DNA of 64,000 nt from Guillardia theta CCMP2712 (taxonomy: Eukaryota > Protista > Cryptophyta), in the NCBI RefSeq assembly GCF_000315625.1, contig NW_005434658.1, forward strand, positions 525,139 through 589,138, written 5' to 3'. Positions 23,223-37,900 of this stretch are shown here, piece after piece. Under the pieces are notes generated by a model. It worked only from the letters and a program-made list of their open reading frames with translations. It made no database searches and was not told the DNA's origin. The position numbers were made by a program, and so were the translations under genes. The number at the start of each line of letters is the position of its first letter. The stretch's first letter is position 1.

Positions 23223-26200
23223 TCAAGCAATACCTGTGTTCATCTCCAGCAAACTTCTATCGGCAGCACGAAAACCTCTCCAAGTATGAGAGAGGACTGC
23301 AGTCTCTCCAAAGGAGAACATGTAGTTTTGTTCCAAGCAATTCGCTATCTGAACCAACAGTGCAAGGTAATACGAAGCTGCATGTGCAAGAATTACTGTT
23401 TGCGCTAGAGAGGTGTGCTTGAAACACATAAAGTCCTCTGTTGTTGTTGTCGATACAACTTCAGAACGTTTCGGCACTAGATATCATACTCCGCTGCCAC
23501 ATGGCAGCAGGATGGCAGAAATCAGGGGCAAGAAACATGAGGAAACAGCCTCTGCCCAGTATAAACTGCCAACATCCCCATGAATGTCAACCAGAGACTA
23601 ACAGTTTGAGCAGGTCAGACAATGATACGGTTGAAGGATGCTGAGCAAACATGGGAAGAGAGACAGGCAAGTCTTCTATATCAACAAGGATCTCATTAAA
23701 CAGTTGCTCCTTCACACACATGTTGCGCTTCCGATCAGCTACGTGCAAAGTGACCATAGATCCGTGAGATCTCGCCGTGGGATAAGGAGGGGTCTCGGAT
23801 CTCTGGCGCATGATATCGTGCAGACCTTGCGGTCTCATGCTCCTCTCGTCTTCCGCTTCTGCTCTCTGCTCGCCGGTTTTCAGGAGACATTCGTCGAGAG
23901 CACGCAAGCTCACCTGACTTCCTCCTCGCCAGCACATGCAGCTCTCGCTTCGCCCGATCAGACGACTCCCCCCGCAACTCTCTTCTATACTTGTCCTCCT
24001 CCTCGCGACGCCTCCTTTCCTCACGCTCGTGGTAACTTTCCTCCTCTCCTGCTCGCTGGTCAGCCTGACTGCGGAGGGAGGGGAACGGAGACGAACCTCT
24101 CCTGATGCCTTTGGCGAGAGAGTGAAGAGCTTGCGACATTTCTCTCTTCACAATCATCTCATCCCGCGGCAGCCTCTCGTGCGAGAGAGCTCGGAGGAAC
24201 CTGACGTTCTTCATGTCACCAACTCACAAAGTCACAACGCAACAACCGTCTCGCATCTCTCTCGTCCTTCTCAGCATTCTTGTAGTGCCCATGGATCCTC
24301 GCGCGTTGTCCGCTCGCCAGGGCCTTGTCGAACTTCTGCTCGATGGTTGCTGAGTCCTCAAATTCTGCGCGAGCAACGGTGAACCAAAGTTCAAAATGTA
24401 TGGGATAGAGACCTCTGTGCGATTCCCTCTGAGCAGCTACTTCATGCCGCTGAAGACAAAAGTGAGCGCTCCTGTAAGGAGAAGCTCAAACTCACCTGGC
24501 CTAACATCTCAATCCTCTTCTCCAAAGCCTCGCAGGGCAGGCAAGTCGTCGAGGGCGACTCCTTTCTGAGCCTGATAAGCTCGGAATGGAAGTATCTGGC
24601 CTCATCCAGGAAACCCTTGGCCTCCTTGGCTTTGTGCTCAGATGCTAAGAAGAACAAGTAAGGCCACCAGACTCCTCAGAGCAACCTTCACCTGCTCGCT
24701 CTCCCTTGGCGATCGACTGTGCAAACAGAGACTCTTGGCGGACAAGCATGCTTGTGCGAGTGTGCTCGACAGCGGGATCGACGCCCTTGAACTGGAGGAG
24801 ACAGTGAGTCTTCATATCAGCGGAGATGAAGGAGAAGGAAATTACCTGAACAGCGGCCTGCGGGTGGGTAGCCAACTTAGAATGTTCGAGCTCGCCGACC
24901 TTCCCAGTCAGAACTGCGATATCCTGCACAAAAGGTCATCTTCGGATGCAGTCGATTCAAATCGGTCACCTTCGTCAAGGCTAAGATTTCACTTCGAGGT
25001 GAGTCGGAGGCTTTCTGTTGGATTGCCTGCACCTCCTTCTTCTGGCTCAACGTACCGACCTGCTGCAAGTCAACGGATCCTTCAAGTTCAATCGTCTCAG
25101 CTCCAACCTCGTGCATCAACTTGTCGACGTTCTGAGTGAGTTGAGAGATCTGTGACTCCACCTGATTGTTGGCAGCCTCGTGCGACCTCCTTGGTCGCTC
25201 TTCGTGGAGTTGACTGACATGCCTGGCATGCCTGGACTCGTTGTCGCGATCCTCCCTCCTCCGAGCATTTTCGTGCCTTGGTGAAGAGTCAGTTAAGTCA
25301 GCATACGTCAGGGGATGAGTTGAACCTCTCTCCCGACCTCCTTTCACGTGCTCGATCCTCAGCTTCAGCCTCAACAATCTCGCGAGCAAAACGCCGCAGT
25401 TCATCTTCTTCCCGCGTCATGACAGGACCATTCGTATCTTTCGTCCGCCTGAACAAGATGAACGCTAAGAGGTCAAACAAGGGACATTGAAAGCTCGAAC
25501 CTCTCTGTGAGTTCATGTAGATACTCAGCTTTCGCGAGTTCATGCTTCGCAGCTTCAAAATTCTTCGAGCCCACAAATTGTCTGGATGAGATGATCACAG
25601 GAAGCTCATTCTGGTTGATGATCCTACCGTCCGGCATGGATTACTGAGGAAAAACTGTCGTCTCCCGCTTTCACGAGGCTTTCAATCGCCTGCTTCTTCT
25701 TTTCAATCGCAGATTGAGCCTTCAGTCTCTCTTCTAACGCCTTGGCATCTCTGCTTGCATATCAATGCAAAAGCGAGTCATTTGCGCGCCAGTACCGAAC
25801 AAGCTCGTGATGACGCTGGACTTCGGAAAGGAAGCACTGTTTGGGGTGCCTCCCCCAGTCACAGACGCAAGAAGCATCGGTCGCGCATGCTGCTGCTGCT
25901 CTCTTCACTAGCTCATCCACTGACGGGATGCATTTGGGATCCGAAGCACACGCCGCTGCGGCTGCAGCAAGAGGAGCAATACATGGTCAGAGGGCGTGCA
26001 AGCAGCGAGTGCTTGGAACCTTTCTGAACCAAAGAAGTGGAGGACACGCTGCTCAATTCACGATGGACCTCAGAATTGATCTTCTTCTGCAACAAAGTCA
26101 TCGCATGCAAAAATTTCAGCAGCATCGCTACCTTGGATTCTTTATGTCTGATAGTAAAAGACAGCATTGAAAGGCAGCATTAGATTTACCATCGAGTTCA

Positions 26201-26893
26201 ACTTGTAGGCCAAACATCACCTGTCCGACCCCGCATTGCCCAAGACACCCTGGTGACAAAAGAACTAGTCAACATTTGGGAACATCATGATAAATACAAT
26301 GAAACCGACCTCTTGCTTCTCTTGTAGTTTACGCCAGTCGAATCTTCCGCTGGTGAGAGACACAGATTCTGCGAATACTTTAAACAAGAATGCACCAATT
26401 TAGCCTTCAACCAGCAAGGCCAGTTTCGCGGACGCAGAGTATAACTGCTATCAAGCATGACAAGGTAGCTACAACCTGTAATTGAGGAATTACTTCAAAA
26501 TAGCAACTTCATCTCTTGCGCGAACCGTGAATGCTGTTGAAACTGCAGTCGGAACTTTCCTCAGAGGATAAAGCGACGGGAAGGGAAAAATTGCTGTGCT
26601 CATTTGACAACGTAATCGATCACCCTTGTACCGTATCTGTGGAGACAGTAAATTGTCTTTCAAATTGAAAGGAATTAATACGCAGCGCGAATGTGCGAGT
26701 ACCATCAACAAAGCATCAACCTTCTATGCTACTCTGATCCATAAAAGCAACCACATGCCGCATGAAGAAAATAGATCATAAATCGTCTTCGTCTGTGCTT
26801 TCAGCATCCTCAATGACTTGGCACTGTGCTTCATTGCCTTTCATGTATTGCGACACATCACTGACTAACTGCTACCCACTCGCTATCCCTCAT
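23223..26893 (-). CDS. Multi-exon charged coiled-coil protein of unknown function
   Basis: Chain of minus-strand E/R/K-rich exons (e.g. ISQLTQNVDKLMHEV, EEDELRRFAREIVEAEAEDRARE) separated by ~50-nt GT-AG introns. Both ends uncertain; could be more than one gene. Confidence 0.45.
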
Positions 26894-27333
26894 GCTATTC
26901 AAGCATCTCTTCTTTTCGCCGCTTCTCTGCTCTAAGCTCTTTTATACTCTTCTCACAACTTCGCTTTCGCTCCTCCAAACCCCTCCAACCCCACCCCCGC
27001 CCTCATCCTCCCGCTTACCTTACTTCCCTCCGGCCATGCTTAGTCCGTCACCGTTTCTACACCCCTAGTCAACTAACCCCACCCCGGTCAATAATGCTCT
27101 TGAACACACTCATAAGTACCGGTCTAAAAACTACCCCACCCGTGTTATGTGATGGCGTCCCTTCGCATGTTCATATTCCGTTGCGCACCGTTACTCTAAC
27201 TCGACAGGAGTCTCGGACTCTGAGTGATCATGTACCCGGTGACCGGGCGCCGGGCCGGGCCGGGCCGCCGCCGTACCAAGATAAAAAAAAGGGTCAACCA
27301 GAAATTTTGATGGCAGTTGCTTGAATCGCGACT

Positions 27334-28778
27334 ATGGAGACGTTCAGGGGTCAGTGGGTGAACGAGAGAGACGCATGGCGGCTGAAGCAGGAGGAGTACA
27401 GGAAGCTGAGACGCGAATGCCGGCCCTTGCAGGAACTTGGTTCCTTCACAGCCTCTTTCCCATCTGCTCGTTCTCGCAGAACCTGGGACGCCCTGCCGTC
27501 GACAGCTGAAACGTCAGGAGACATGCGAAGGCCACAATCAGCGATCGTAACGTCAGCAGGTGCATCGAGAGTGAAGGGGATGAGTGAAGGTCAAGTGGAG
27601 AAGGTGAGGAGACTTGCTATTCGGCGCAAGGAGAAGAGACTGGTGGACATGAACGGCAAAGGAATGTTCGAGTCGAGCATCAATGAGGTCAGAGCAAGGT
27701 GCATGGAGCAAGCAGAGATCAAGAGCTGGTACATACGGATGACTGTGAACACAAGAAAGCGAAGGGTGCAGTTGGGATGGGCGAGGATGTGCAAGAGGCT
27801 GTTTGAGAAGGTCCGTTGGTCGTTTCTTGATGACGCACACAAGATGCAAGGGGGTGATTTACTCGCCTCTATCATCGTGAGCTCTCAGTCGACAGCGAGT
27901 GGGAAGAAGAAGCTGAACGAGCTTGCTAACGCTCAGAGCAAGCTCGACATCACAGACTACGAGCGACCTGATAGGTTGTCTGAGTTCAATGCGCAATTGA
28001 GATAGAAAACTGACAGCCCGAGCAGCAGCGCGGCTGTTCCTGAAACTCCTTCTAGGAAACAGAAGTTCTTGTTCGGGAACTACGTCGCAACCAACAACGT
28101 GGATCTCGATGCGTACTACAAGGTAATCGTTGCCATGTTCGTGCTTCCCTGACTGTTTGGCTCGTGTTGAAGAGGAACGAACGGATTTTACGGAATCTGA
28201 AGGCGTCAGAGGGCGGGTCGAAGCCTTTTGTCTTGAAGTCTCTCTCGTTGACGCTCTTTCCGAGTGCAGCCGACAGGATGGGCTATACGAGGAAGCGAGC
28301 AGAGGTAGAGAGCTTCTGAGAAGTTTCCGGCCCTCTTGACAGTCGCAACAAGCAGACATGGCTGAAGGTGTCGAGACGTGGGCATCACTGTTTCCCAACG
28401 ATGAGTTTCGCATACAACAAGAAACGTGCTCGTTGTTCCTGAGGACAAGGAAGATGACTGACATGCGGCTCGCAGTGCCCAGCTGGTGAGCCGACAGAAT
28501 GAGGATGTTGACAAGGAGTTCAAGGAGAGGAGGAGGAAGTCGACGGCTGAATGGATGCTGAAGGAAAAGACGCTGACCTCTCAGGACCTCTTGCTGGATG
28601 ACCATGTTGTCTGATGTTCTCCCTTGTGCTCGCAAAGTTGACGCAGTGGCAGGTTTGCAACCTTCGACAACTTCACGATCAGAAGGTCCGGCTGCATGCT
28701 CAAGATGGGAAGGGGCGACTGGCGGCCATGGGGAAGCTGAATCGTGTGTGGATCAACGGGGAAAGAGTCGAACTTTGA
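27334..28778 (+). CDS. Hypothetical protein, multi-exon
   Basis: 223-aa ORF from ATG 27334 (METFRGQWVNERDAW…). Later exons end …GKLNRVWINGERVEL* at 28776-28778. No recognisable domain. Confidence 0.5.
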
Positions 28779-28968
28779 GATCGTGGGGGTGAATGAAACA
28801 AGCGACATGTTGAGAGAATAACATGGGCTGCTCAATTTATGCAGGAGATGGCATCTCCTGGGCAATGAGTTCCTCAGCTGAGCTGAAGGTGACTGAGGTG
28901 GTGAATGTGATGATGTTAAACAAATCTTTTCGATTCCATATACATCTGAACCTCTCTGCCTCCTCCCT

Positions 28969-31900
28969 TTAATCGTCGAGCTGCATGAGGAGTGCAGCTC
29001 CTCTTTTTATCCAGTGGCTCTGCGGCTTTGCCGTTGGGATCACGATGGGGCAGACGAAGTTGGAGGAGTGGCCGGTGGTGGCCAGCACGCCCCTCCTGGC
29101 TGAGGTATTGTAGAGAGGAGCCACGTAGAAGCCCTCGACGAGGACGGAGCCGTCGTCCTGCCGCTCCTCCTTCCACATGCAGTGCGGGGAGGGCATCTCC
29201 TTGGGAGAGAACCACATGACCGGCATGGGACTGAAGAGAACCTTAGGCTCCGACTCCTCGAGCAGGTTCGTCTGCTTGTTCCACCGGCAGCCCTCAGAGA
29301 AGGGGCCATGCACGTAGACTCCGTTGGTGGGAGGCGTGTCGTAGTGCTCCTCTTCCATCATGATGTGCTCGAAGTTGAGGGTGTCGACCGGCAGCGTGTA
29401 CTTCCTCGCGTAGTTCTGCATGGCCCCCGTCATGAACGCATGCACGAAGAAGAAGCCCGACAGCCAGAACGTGGCCGGCTGCTTGTTGTCGATCCAACTC
29501 TGGAAGAAGGAGAGCCTGGCGAGCAGGTCGGCGATGTATCCCCCCAGAGGCTTCAGGGACGGGTAGGACTTCTTGGCCCACAGCCCCGGCACCTTGCCGG
29601 TGTTGAGCGCGACTTGGACCTGCTCGAGGTCAGCAGACATGACGATGAGGCCCTTGAGAGCCTTGCGCAGGTCCGACAGCGAGCTGCGAACGATTTCGAT
29701 GAGTCCGTTGTAGCGGATGAGCTCCTGGGAGAGGACGGTGTTCATGCTCTCATCGAAGCGGATGGGGAATTTCTTCATGACCCTCTCCCTGTCGAAGACC
29801 TGGGGGACCCTGTTGAGGATCCCCTCGGCCAGCTCGTCCAGCACCTCGTCCGCTGACTTCTTCCCCGACCCTCCTCCTCCTCCTCCTGAGCTCCCGGCCT
29901 CCGTGGAGAGCATGGTGTCGCAGAAGTAGTTCGTCTCCTGCTGATCCTTTGTGATGTCAGCGTTGTCGTGCAGGCCGAAGACTTCCGGCTGCTGAGTCAG
30001 CGGCATCTGCATGATGTAGTCGATGATCTGCGAGTGCTCCATGTAATCGATGTCAGCTGGGGCCTTGTAGAGCCCCGAGGGGGAGAAGCTGTAGTCGTCG
30101 TTGAACACGAAGGAGTTGTAGAAGTCGGAGAGCGCACAGAGGAGATACCTCCTGTCCTTGTCGTCCGTGACCCTCCCGCCATAGTTGCACTCGCCGATGA
30201 GGTAGTTGAGAGCTTTGAACTGATCCTCCTCGTACTCGTCCAGCATCATCTTGGTCTGCTTCACGCTGATCGACATGTCTCCAGAGGTGAACTCGTACGG
30301 GATGTTCCATCCGAGAGGCCCGAAGCTCCTCCTCTCCTGTATCACAGCATGGAAGAAAGAGAGAGCTGGAGGACAACCTCGTCAGCGGAGCAGGAGAGGG
30401 AGAGGAAAGGAGGGGCTCACCGTAGACGAGCTTCTTCCACTTGAGAGGCTTCTTGCAGGAGGTGAAGAATTCTTCGTCGCCGATCGGGTCGGACAGGAAG
30501 GAGCCTTTCACGTTCAGCCTGATGCCCTTGGCCGACTCGTTGGTCATCTTGATGCCGTTCTGCAAGACCGAGACTGGGAAGACGCTGGACGGGTAGCTCG
30601 TCAGCCACAACCGGAAGTTCTTGTTCGCGGTCTCCGGCTTGAACTCCTCGCAAATCCTCTCCAAGGTCACCATCCAACTCCCGTACACGTGGCAGTTCTG
30701 CAGCACCACCCACGAGCCGTTCTTGTACCCCTCCTCCACGTACTTGGCTGCGATCGGACCCTGGCCCTGCCCCAGCGACACGCTCTTGATGGTTTCCCCG
30801 AACCCCTTCTCGTCCGCTAGCTTGAAGAGAGCAGCGTTGGGGTCGGACCCAGCGGAGAGGATGAAGATGAGCGGCGTGCAGGGGTCAGAGTCCTCGTAGC
30901 AGGCAGCGAGGTCGAAGGGAGGAGGCTCTATGAACTGCTGGCCCATCTCGTTGGCGACGAAGAGCATGATGGCGGGGACGATCTTGTCCGATCGGATGCT
31001 GCGGATGATGAGGAGGCGAGTGAAGGGCTCGCACTCCTTGAACTGCCCGGGGAAGTCGAGCTTGTAGGGCTCCGAGGACTCGAAGATTTCCTTCCATTCG
31101 TCCCCGTGCTTGACGAAGTCGTCCTTGAACGATGACGTCACCTTGAGGTTCGACAGGCGCGTTATCTCTCCCCAGCTCCTCTCGATCAGCCAAGACTCGA
31201 AGGGGTTGGGAGGAGCCTGTGCCGAGCATGTCAGATCGAACAGGAATGGAGCAGAGGAAGCGAGAGGAGGAGGAGGAGGAGGAGGAGGAGGAGGAGCTTG
31301 CTTCACGTGCACTCACCTCACCCACGGCCACACCACCCGTGAGGAGGAAGCGAAGGTCCTCCTCGTCTAGCCGACCGGAAGCTCGCATGAGGCGACTGCA
31401 GAGCAGGAAGGAGAAGAGGAGCTTGTCCTTCTCGAAGAGCGAGCGGCAGACCATCTTGTACAGGAAGTAGGTGAAGTGATCGTCCAACGACGCCAGTCGC
31501 TTCTCCCTGTACACGTGTCAGTTCAAGTCATGGCAGCCCGCAAACTTCTCACAACTCGGAGCTGGGCTCGGAGTCCTTGACGCTCTGCCTGAAGAGGGCG
31601 ATGAACCAGGTCAGGCTGTACTGATACATGGGCTCGATGCTGTTGAGCGAGGAGATGGCAAAAAAGAGGATCGAGGCTCTCCAGGCCACCGGCTTGTATC
31701 CTGCTCTTGCCTCGTCGATCTTCGCCTCGGTCTCCTCTGCGATCTTCTGCTTCTCCTCAATGTCGTTGGAGAGAACCTTGGCGTCTTTGAGAACCTGGAT
31801 GCCTTCTGTGTTCTCTAGGATGTTTCCCTCCGCAGAGAGGACCTCCAGGATCTTGTCCTCTGTCTCCCGCAGCTTCCTCTTGTTCTCTGCTCCCTGTACG

Positions 31901-34900
31901 ATCAGAATATTCTTCTCCTCCTCCAAGTCCGGACGCTCCTCTGCCACCACGATCCCCAGCAGCTGGTCCTGCAGGCCGTCCTGGGTGATCATGAAGTTGA
32001 GGAGGGTGACCTTGACGGCTGTTTCCGGCATGTAGTGCGGGTTCGGCAGCTTGCTGGTGATGTAGAAGCGGAAGTTATTGGAGTACTCGATAGTCGCGTC
32101 CCCGAGCCGAATGCACATGACGCCTCCCTGCTTGAAGGTCTGCTTGAGGAGGAGCGGCTCAAGGGTCGGGTCGAGCTCTTGCAGGACGTTCTCGAGGAGG
32201 ACGGGGTTGCCGAACTGGATTGAGTTCTCGAGGGTGCGGACGAAGTCGGTGTCGGTGAGCTTGATGACCTTGAGGCCGTTCTTCTTCTCTGTGTTGCGGA
32301 ACCACTTGTTCGCCTGCCCCTGGGGGTCTATGCAGAGGGGCCACCTCCTAGCGTTGGTGACGATGATACCGTTGTCGATGGAGAAGACGTCGGAGGGCAG
32401 CCCGTTGATCGACCACTCCCTGATCTTGACTGGGTCCCCGAGCACCTTGGACAGAACGAACGTGTCTGATCGGGGGACCGACAGCTCGCCCAGCAGGTGA
32501 ATCCACTGAACAATCACGTCGTCCCTGTAGTTCTTCATGAAGGCCCCGAGGTAGGCGACGTAGGCGGAGGAGACAAGAACGTCTCCTGTGAGGTGGACAA
32601 ACTCCACCTGTAGCTCCTCCGCCACAGCCGTCCACCTCGACTTCTCACCTCCCAGCCCAGCTATCAGCTGCTCGGCCCTCTCCAGCTTCAGGGCGCAAAG
32701 CTCAGCTTGGGCCTCGAGATCTGCCTTCTTTTCCGCGCACTCTCGCAGCTGATTCTTGAGACCGTTGAGCTCGTCCACGACCTTCTTCAGGTCAGCCCGC
32801 TTGTGCTCCAGCACCTTCATCGCCTCTGCCAGCTCTCCCTCAGCTACCGACAGCGCTGCCTTCTTGGGGGCCACGATCTTCGCCACCCTGTCGTACCCCT
32901 CCATCGCCAGCACCCACTTACACAGGCCCTCAGCTGCCGTGGAGGCCTTGGCGATCTGAGCTGGGGTGAAACCCGGGTCCGGCTGGAACTCCTTGCGGAT
33001 CTTCTCGATGATCTTAGCGGGGATATTGTCCTTGTCGTAGCTCTTGAGCGACTGCAGCAGCGTACCCGTGTTCAGCAGGCGCACAGCTGGGGACCACCAG
33101 TCGTCGATCTTCGCGCCGGGTTTGTCGGGGTCGTTCTTCTTGTCGGGCTTCAGGTCCAGCATGACTAGCACCGCCTTCATCGCCAGCTGCACACCGAAGG
33201 GAGGCTTCGCCATGCTCTTGACCAGGTCGATGTCCTGCTTCTTGATCGTGTCCAGCGCCTTGAGAGCGTCGTTGAGGATGGGGATCGCCTCCGCTAGATC
33301 CGCCTCGCACTCCTCCTTCACCTTCTGTACCTCAGCAGCCTGCGATGAAAGTCAGTCAAGCAAGTTCACGTCAGCCTCCCTGCCCCACCTGCTTTGCCGT
33401 CGCTTCTTCATCCTTCATAGCGATCGCCTTCTGCGCATCGACACCAGGGATCGCGGCCTCAACTTTAGCCGTCAGCGCCTCCGTGTCCTTCTGCGCCTGG
33501 AGGAGGCCGGGCTGAAGGTCGATGAGCTCCTGTTTCATGGTGTTGACCGACGTCTCCGCCAGCGCGAGGGCCCCGAGGCCTCCGGTGTATCGCTTGATCT
33601 GCATGTTGATCTGCTCGCGCTTCTGCTTCAGCAGCGTCTTGTAGGTGTTGATGAGCTCCAGATAGCTGGTGGGGGTGACGTAGTTGTGCCTCCTCGTCTC
33701 GGAGAGGAACTTGTGCGACAGCTCCGCCACGTTCTCGTGCATGGAGATGCACATGGAGACGCAGCTCTGCCGCGTCCCGTCCTCCATCTCCACATCCGAC
33801 AGGAACCTCCTCGCCACCGACTCCAGCGCGTCCGACGGCCACTCGGTGAACCAGTCGATGGTGCAGCAGTTGACCAAGCTGGGGAACTGCCGGAGGCGGC
33901 TACGGAAGGCGTCTCCGATCGGGCTGAAGGCCAGCACGATGTGCATCAAGCTCTTGCACCTCTCAATGAAAAAGGCGTACTGGTCAGCTGGGGTGTTGAG
34001 CACCCTCCCAGCTGCCTTGGCGGCGGGTCGGCACTTCTCAGCAAGCACGGCCTTCTCGTCAGAGGCGAAGAGGTTCGGCACTTCGGCGGTGTTGAGAAGG
34101 TTGTTGAGGTCCTCGACGAACGACTCCATCTTGATCTGAGTGTCGGTGAAGAGAAAAACCGTCGGCTTTCCGTCCCCTCCTGCCACTGTGAGTAGGCGCT
34201 TCAGGTCTTCCCTCCACTCGTTCTTGCCGTACGTCTTGGAGATCTCGATCTCCACCACCGTGTAGTCCATGATGGAGGCGGCAAGCCTTGTGCAGCTCTG
34301 CCTGCCACTCCCCCCTATGCCGATCAGCAGAGCGTTTCCTCCCGGCGATCGGAGGATGCGGCAGATGCGAGTGATGTGCTCGATCATGAAGAGGAAGAGC
34401 ACCAGGTCCATGGGCTTCTTGCAAGTCGCGTTGTAGTACTCGAGGTACCCGTTGCACGCCTCGATCACCACCTCGGGGTTGGGCATCTCCTCGTAGACCC
34501 GCTTCCCGTCGGGCTTCTGGAAGTCTCCGAACAACAACCTGCGAGCCTGGGAGATGGAGACGACGCCGTCCTCGCCTTCGTGCTTGAGGTGGTCGAGGAT
34601 CTTATCAAAGTCTTGGCTGAAGCGAGCCTTGGTCTTGGTCCTCAGCGTTTCTATCAGCCACTCGCGGTCCTTGTCGTCCGTTAGACGATCGTAGAAGACT
34701 CGCATGATCTCGTGGCACCACAGCCTGCAGAACTGCGCGGGTTCGGTCATGCTGGCAGTGTCGGCCATGCAGATGCCCATAACGACCCTGCCGAAGTCTC
34801 TCAGGTTGAAGAGATAGTGACTCTTGTCCGGCGTCGGCAGCAGATTCTTGAGCGCCGCCTCGTACACCTCCATGGTCGCCTGGATGGCGGCGTTCTGAAG

Positions 34901-37900
34901 TCCCTTGATGGAGGAGGGGGTGTTGTTCTTTTCGAAGGCGTGCTTCATGATGGTAGAGAAGATCCCTGTCATCACCTCGTTGTCAAACTCAGTCACGCTG
35001 ATCATGTTGAACCATCGGAGGAAGCGAGGAGTAATGAAAGTCCTGCCTCCGCCCGGCGGGCCCATGGCAGCTACATACATCATGTCTTCTATCTTCATGA
35101 AGTTCTTCTCCTTGAGGTCGTACCAGCCATGATGGTCCATGTACTGCCGCAGGATCTCGATCGGGGGCTGAGCCCCGTACGTCTCCTTCTTGGGCATGTT
35201 GAGGTCGTCGATGAAGGCGATGCAGAGCTTGCCGATGGGAGGGCCCAGCACTCCCTTCCTCCGCTTGTCCAGCTTTGACTCGACGATCTCCTGCGTCTGG
35301 TTGGCAGAAGTCTGAGCGGAGAAGCCGAGGGAGATCACGTTGAACTTGTCTGGGGAGAGGCCGTTGAGCAGGTGGTTGTTGATGTAGATCGTCTTGCCGG
35401 TCCCGGTAGGGCCACAGAGGAGGAAGGCCATACGGTTCAGGTCGTGGGGGAGGCGGCCGTTCTGGCAGGTAGTGTCGAGGAGGTACGTGTAGCGGGTGGT
35501 GTCGACGGTGGGGACGATGATCTCGTGGGGCTGTAGGTTGGCGTCGATGGTGTGGTTGGAGATGAGGGAGCCCCATGTGGCCCACTTGCCCTTGGACGCG
35601 TCGAAGAAGGAGGAGTAGATACTGTGCTCCTTGGGGAAGGGGTTTGAGATGTGCAGGCTCCCTCGCTCCCCCTCCTCGTTGTACGGGGAGGGAACGGTCC
35701 CCGCGCAGACTTCCTTGACAAACGCGTCCATCTTGTCGCGCCCCTCCCCGTCGACGGTACAGCAGACGCTCCAGGTCAGGCTGAAGAGGAAGATGCCCTC
35801 GAGCAGCGCGTTGGCATCTTTCTCTGCCATCTGGAACTTGCCGGGCTCGACCTTGAACGGGACCATAAGGCTCTCAAAGAGCTTCAGGAAGGCCCAGCCG
35901 AGCATGATGTCCGAGGTCGGGGAGACCTCCTTGAGCTCCCTGCGGATGAACTTGATGGTTGGTGGAATGATCCACTTGAACAGGCTCTCAATCATGTCGC
36001 GCTGGGAGGACGAGATGGTCTCGGGGAGGGTGTTGAGCCAGGAGCCCAGGGAAGGGTACAGCCCCATCTGGTGTGGCTCGTAGTAGACCATACCGCACCT
36101 GCTCACGGTGGCCGGGGAGGCGACTTCGAGGTCCTGCGGCTCGAAAATCATGTTCATAGAGGAAGACATCTGAATGATCTCCCCACTGACAAGGCAGAGC
36201 TTCTTGTTGTCGTCCAGCACCGTGTTCATGTTCTCGATCCACACAGCGTCCACAGGCCCGTCAAACATGACCCACTTCCTGTCCGGCCCCTGGTCAGATG
36301 CTGCCGTCCTGAAGTTGATAGCCAATATTCCGTCGCTCCACTCGTGGCTGACCGGGTCAAACTGCCCGTAGAGTTGACCCATGGTGATGCTCTTGGGATT
36401 CATGCAGTAGATCCTGACCTTGTTCTCCTCGTTCTGCCCCAGGGTGCAGAGATGGCCAAGGGTGTCGGCGAGTACACGATAGCTGCAGGTCTTGCCTCCG
36501 TAGGACAGACCGACGACCATAAGGCCGTGTCGCACGACGATCATCTCGTAGAGCTCGATCGTCTTCTGCAGGAAGTAGGAGGTTGTCTGCAAGTTCCTCT
36601 CCTCGCACGCCTTGTTCATGGACGCCAGCATGTTGACGTAGTCAGGGGCAGGGAGAACTGTGCTGGGGAACAAATCCTTGGCGATGCCTTCGAAGAGGGG
36701 AAGGTCGTGGGAGAGGAACTTGGGGACATTGACGTCTCGGATGGCTCTGAGCATGAGGATGTCCTCGCTCGAGTCCTTGTCTGCTTGTTTCAAGTTACCT
36801 GCTGCTCTCAGGACTGCCATGACGGCTCGCATGCCGTAGTCGTAGTGTGTCTGCGAGGAGAGCTGCTCGCTGCAGAGCTTGTAGGTGGCAACGATCTTCC
36901 TTGCTAGCACGCGGGCGTCGCTGAAACCAAAAGACATGAGCATGATCTCTCCTATCATCGCGTAGTCGGGGACCATCATCGCCACTGTTCGAAACAGCAC
37001 CTTGAGGTTGTCCGGCAGGTCGCTCCTCCCGGCATAGCCTGGGTTCATGGTGATGAAGACGGCGCAGGAGGAGATCACGCGGAGGTGACTTCCCTCGAAG
37101 TCGAACTCCGTCTGACCCAGCACGATCGCTCGTTGGATCGACATGATCTGCTGCGCTACCACTGAGAGGACTTCCAGGTCGATCCTGTTGAACTCATCGA
37201 AGCACGCCCACGCCCCGCAGCTCACCACTCCCTTGAAGAACTTCCCCATCGCCAGGTAGTCAAGCCCGTCTGAGCAGTTGAACACGACGCAGTAGTTTGA
37301 GATCGCCTTGGCGAGGTCCTTGGTCGTCTCTGTCTTCCCGGTCCCTGCCGGGCCCTCCGGCGCACCTCCGAGCTTGAGCTGCAGGGCCCCCATGAGGGTG
37401 CGGTAGCAGCGATCGGTGAGAGGCGTCACGACGAGCCTAGAGCTCACGCCGAGGTACTCATAACCGTACATGATGCACGCTGTGATCATCTTGCAAGCCA
37501 CTCGCTCCTCCTGCATGTAGTAGCGAAGTTGCGCCAGCCAGGAGAAGTCCAGCACAGAGCTGACTCCCTCCATGCCGAGATTGACCGTCATGTCACGAGC
37601 GTGCACGTCAAGAACGACAAGAGCTCCGATGCACTGCCGCTGCAGCTTCGACAGTTTTCCTCGCACAAGCTCGATGAGGTCTTCGAGTTGCTGGGTGCAC
37701 TTGTCTGCGTACCTTGCAACTCCCTTCCCGTCTGGCTCCTGGATCGCTTTTTCAACTTCCAACGTCCAGTACATCTGCCCTATGACGATCGCGGTCATAC
37801 CAGGCCAATCAAGCACCCACTGCTTCCTCGGGACCGTCGGGTAAGCCTCGTACGCTTTGATCGTCTGATCCATCATCGCTTCCTTCATCAGGTGCTCCGT

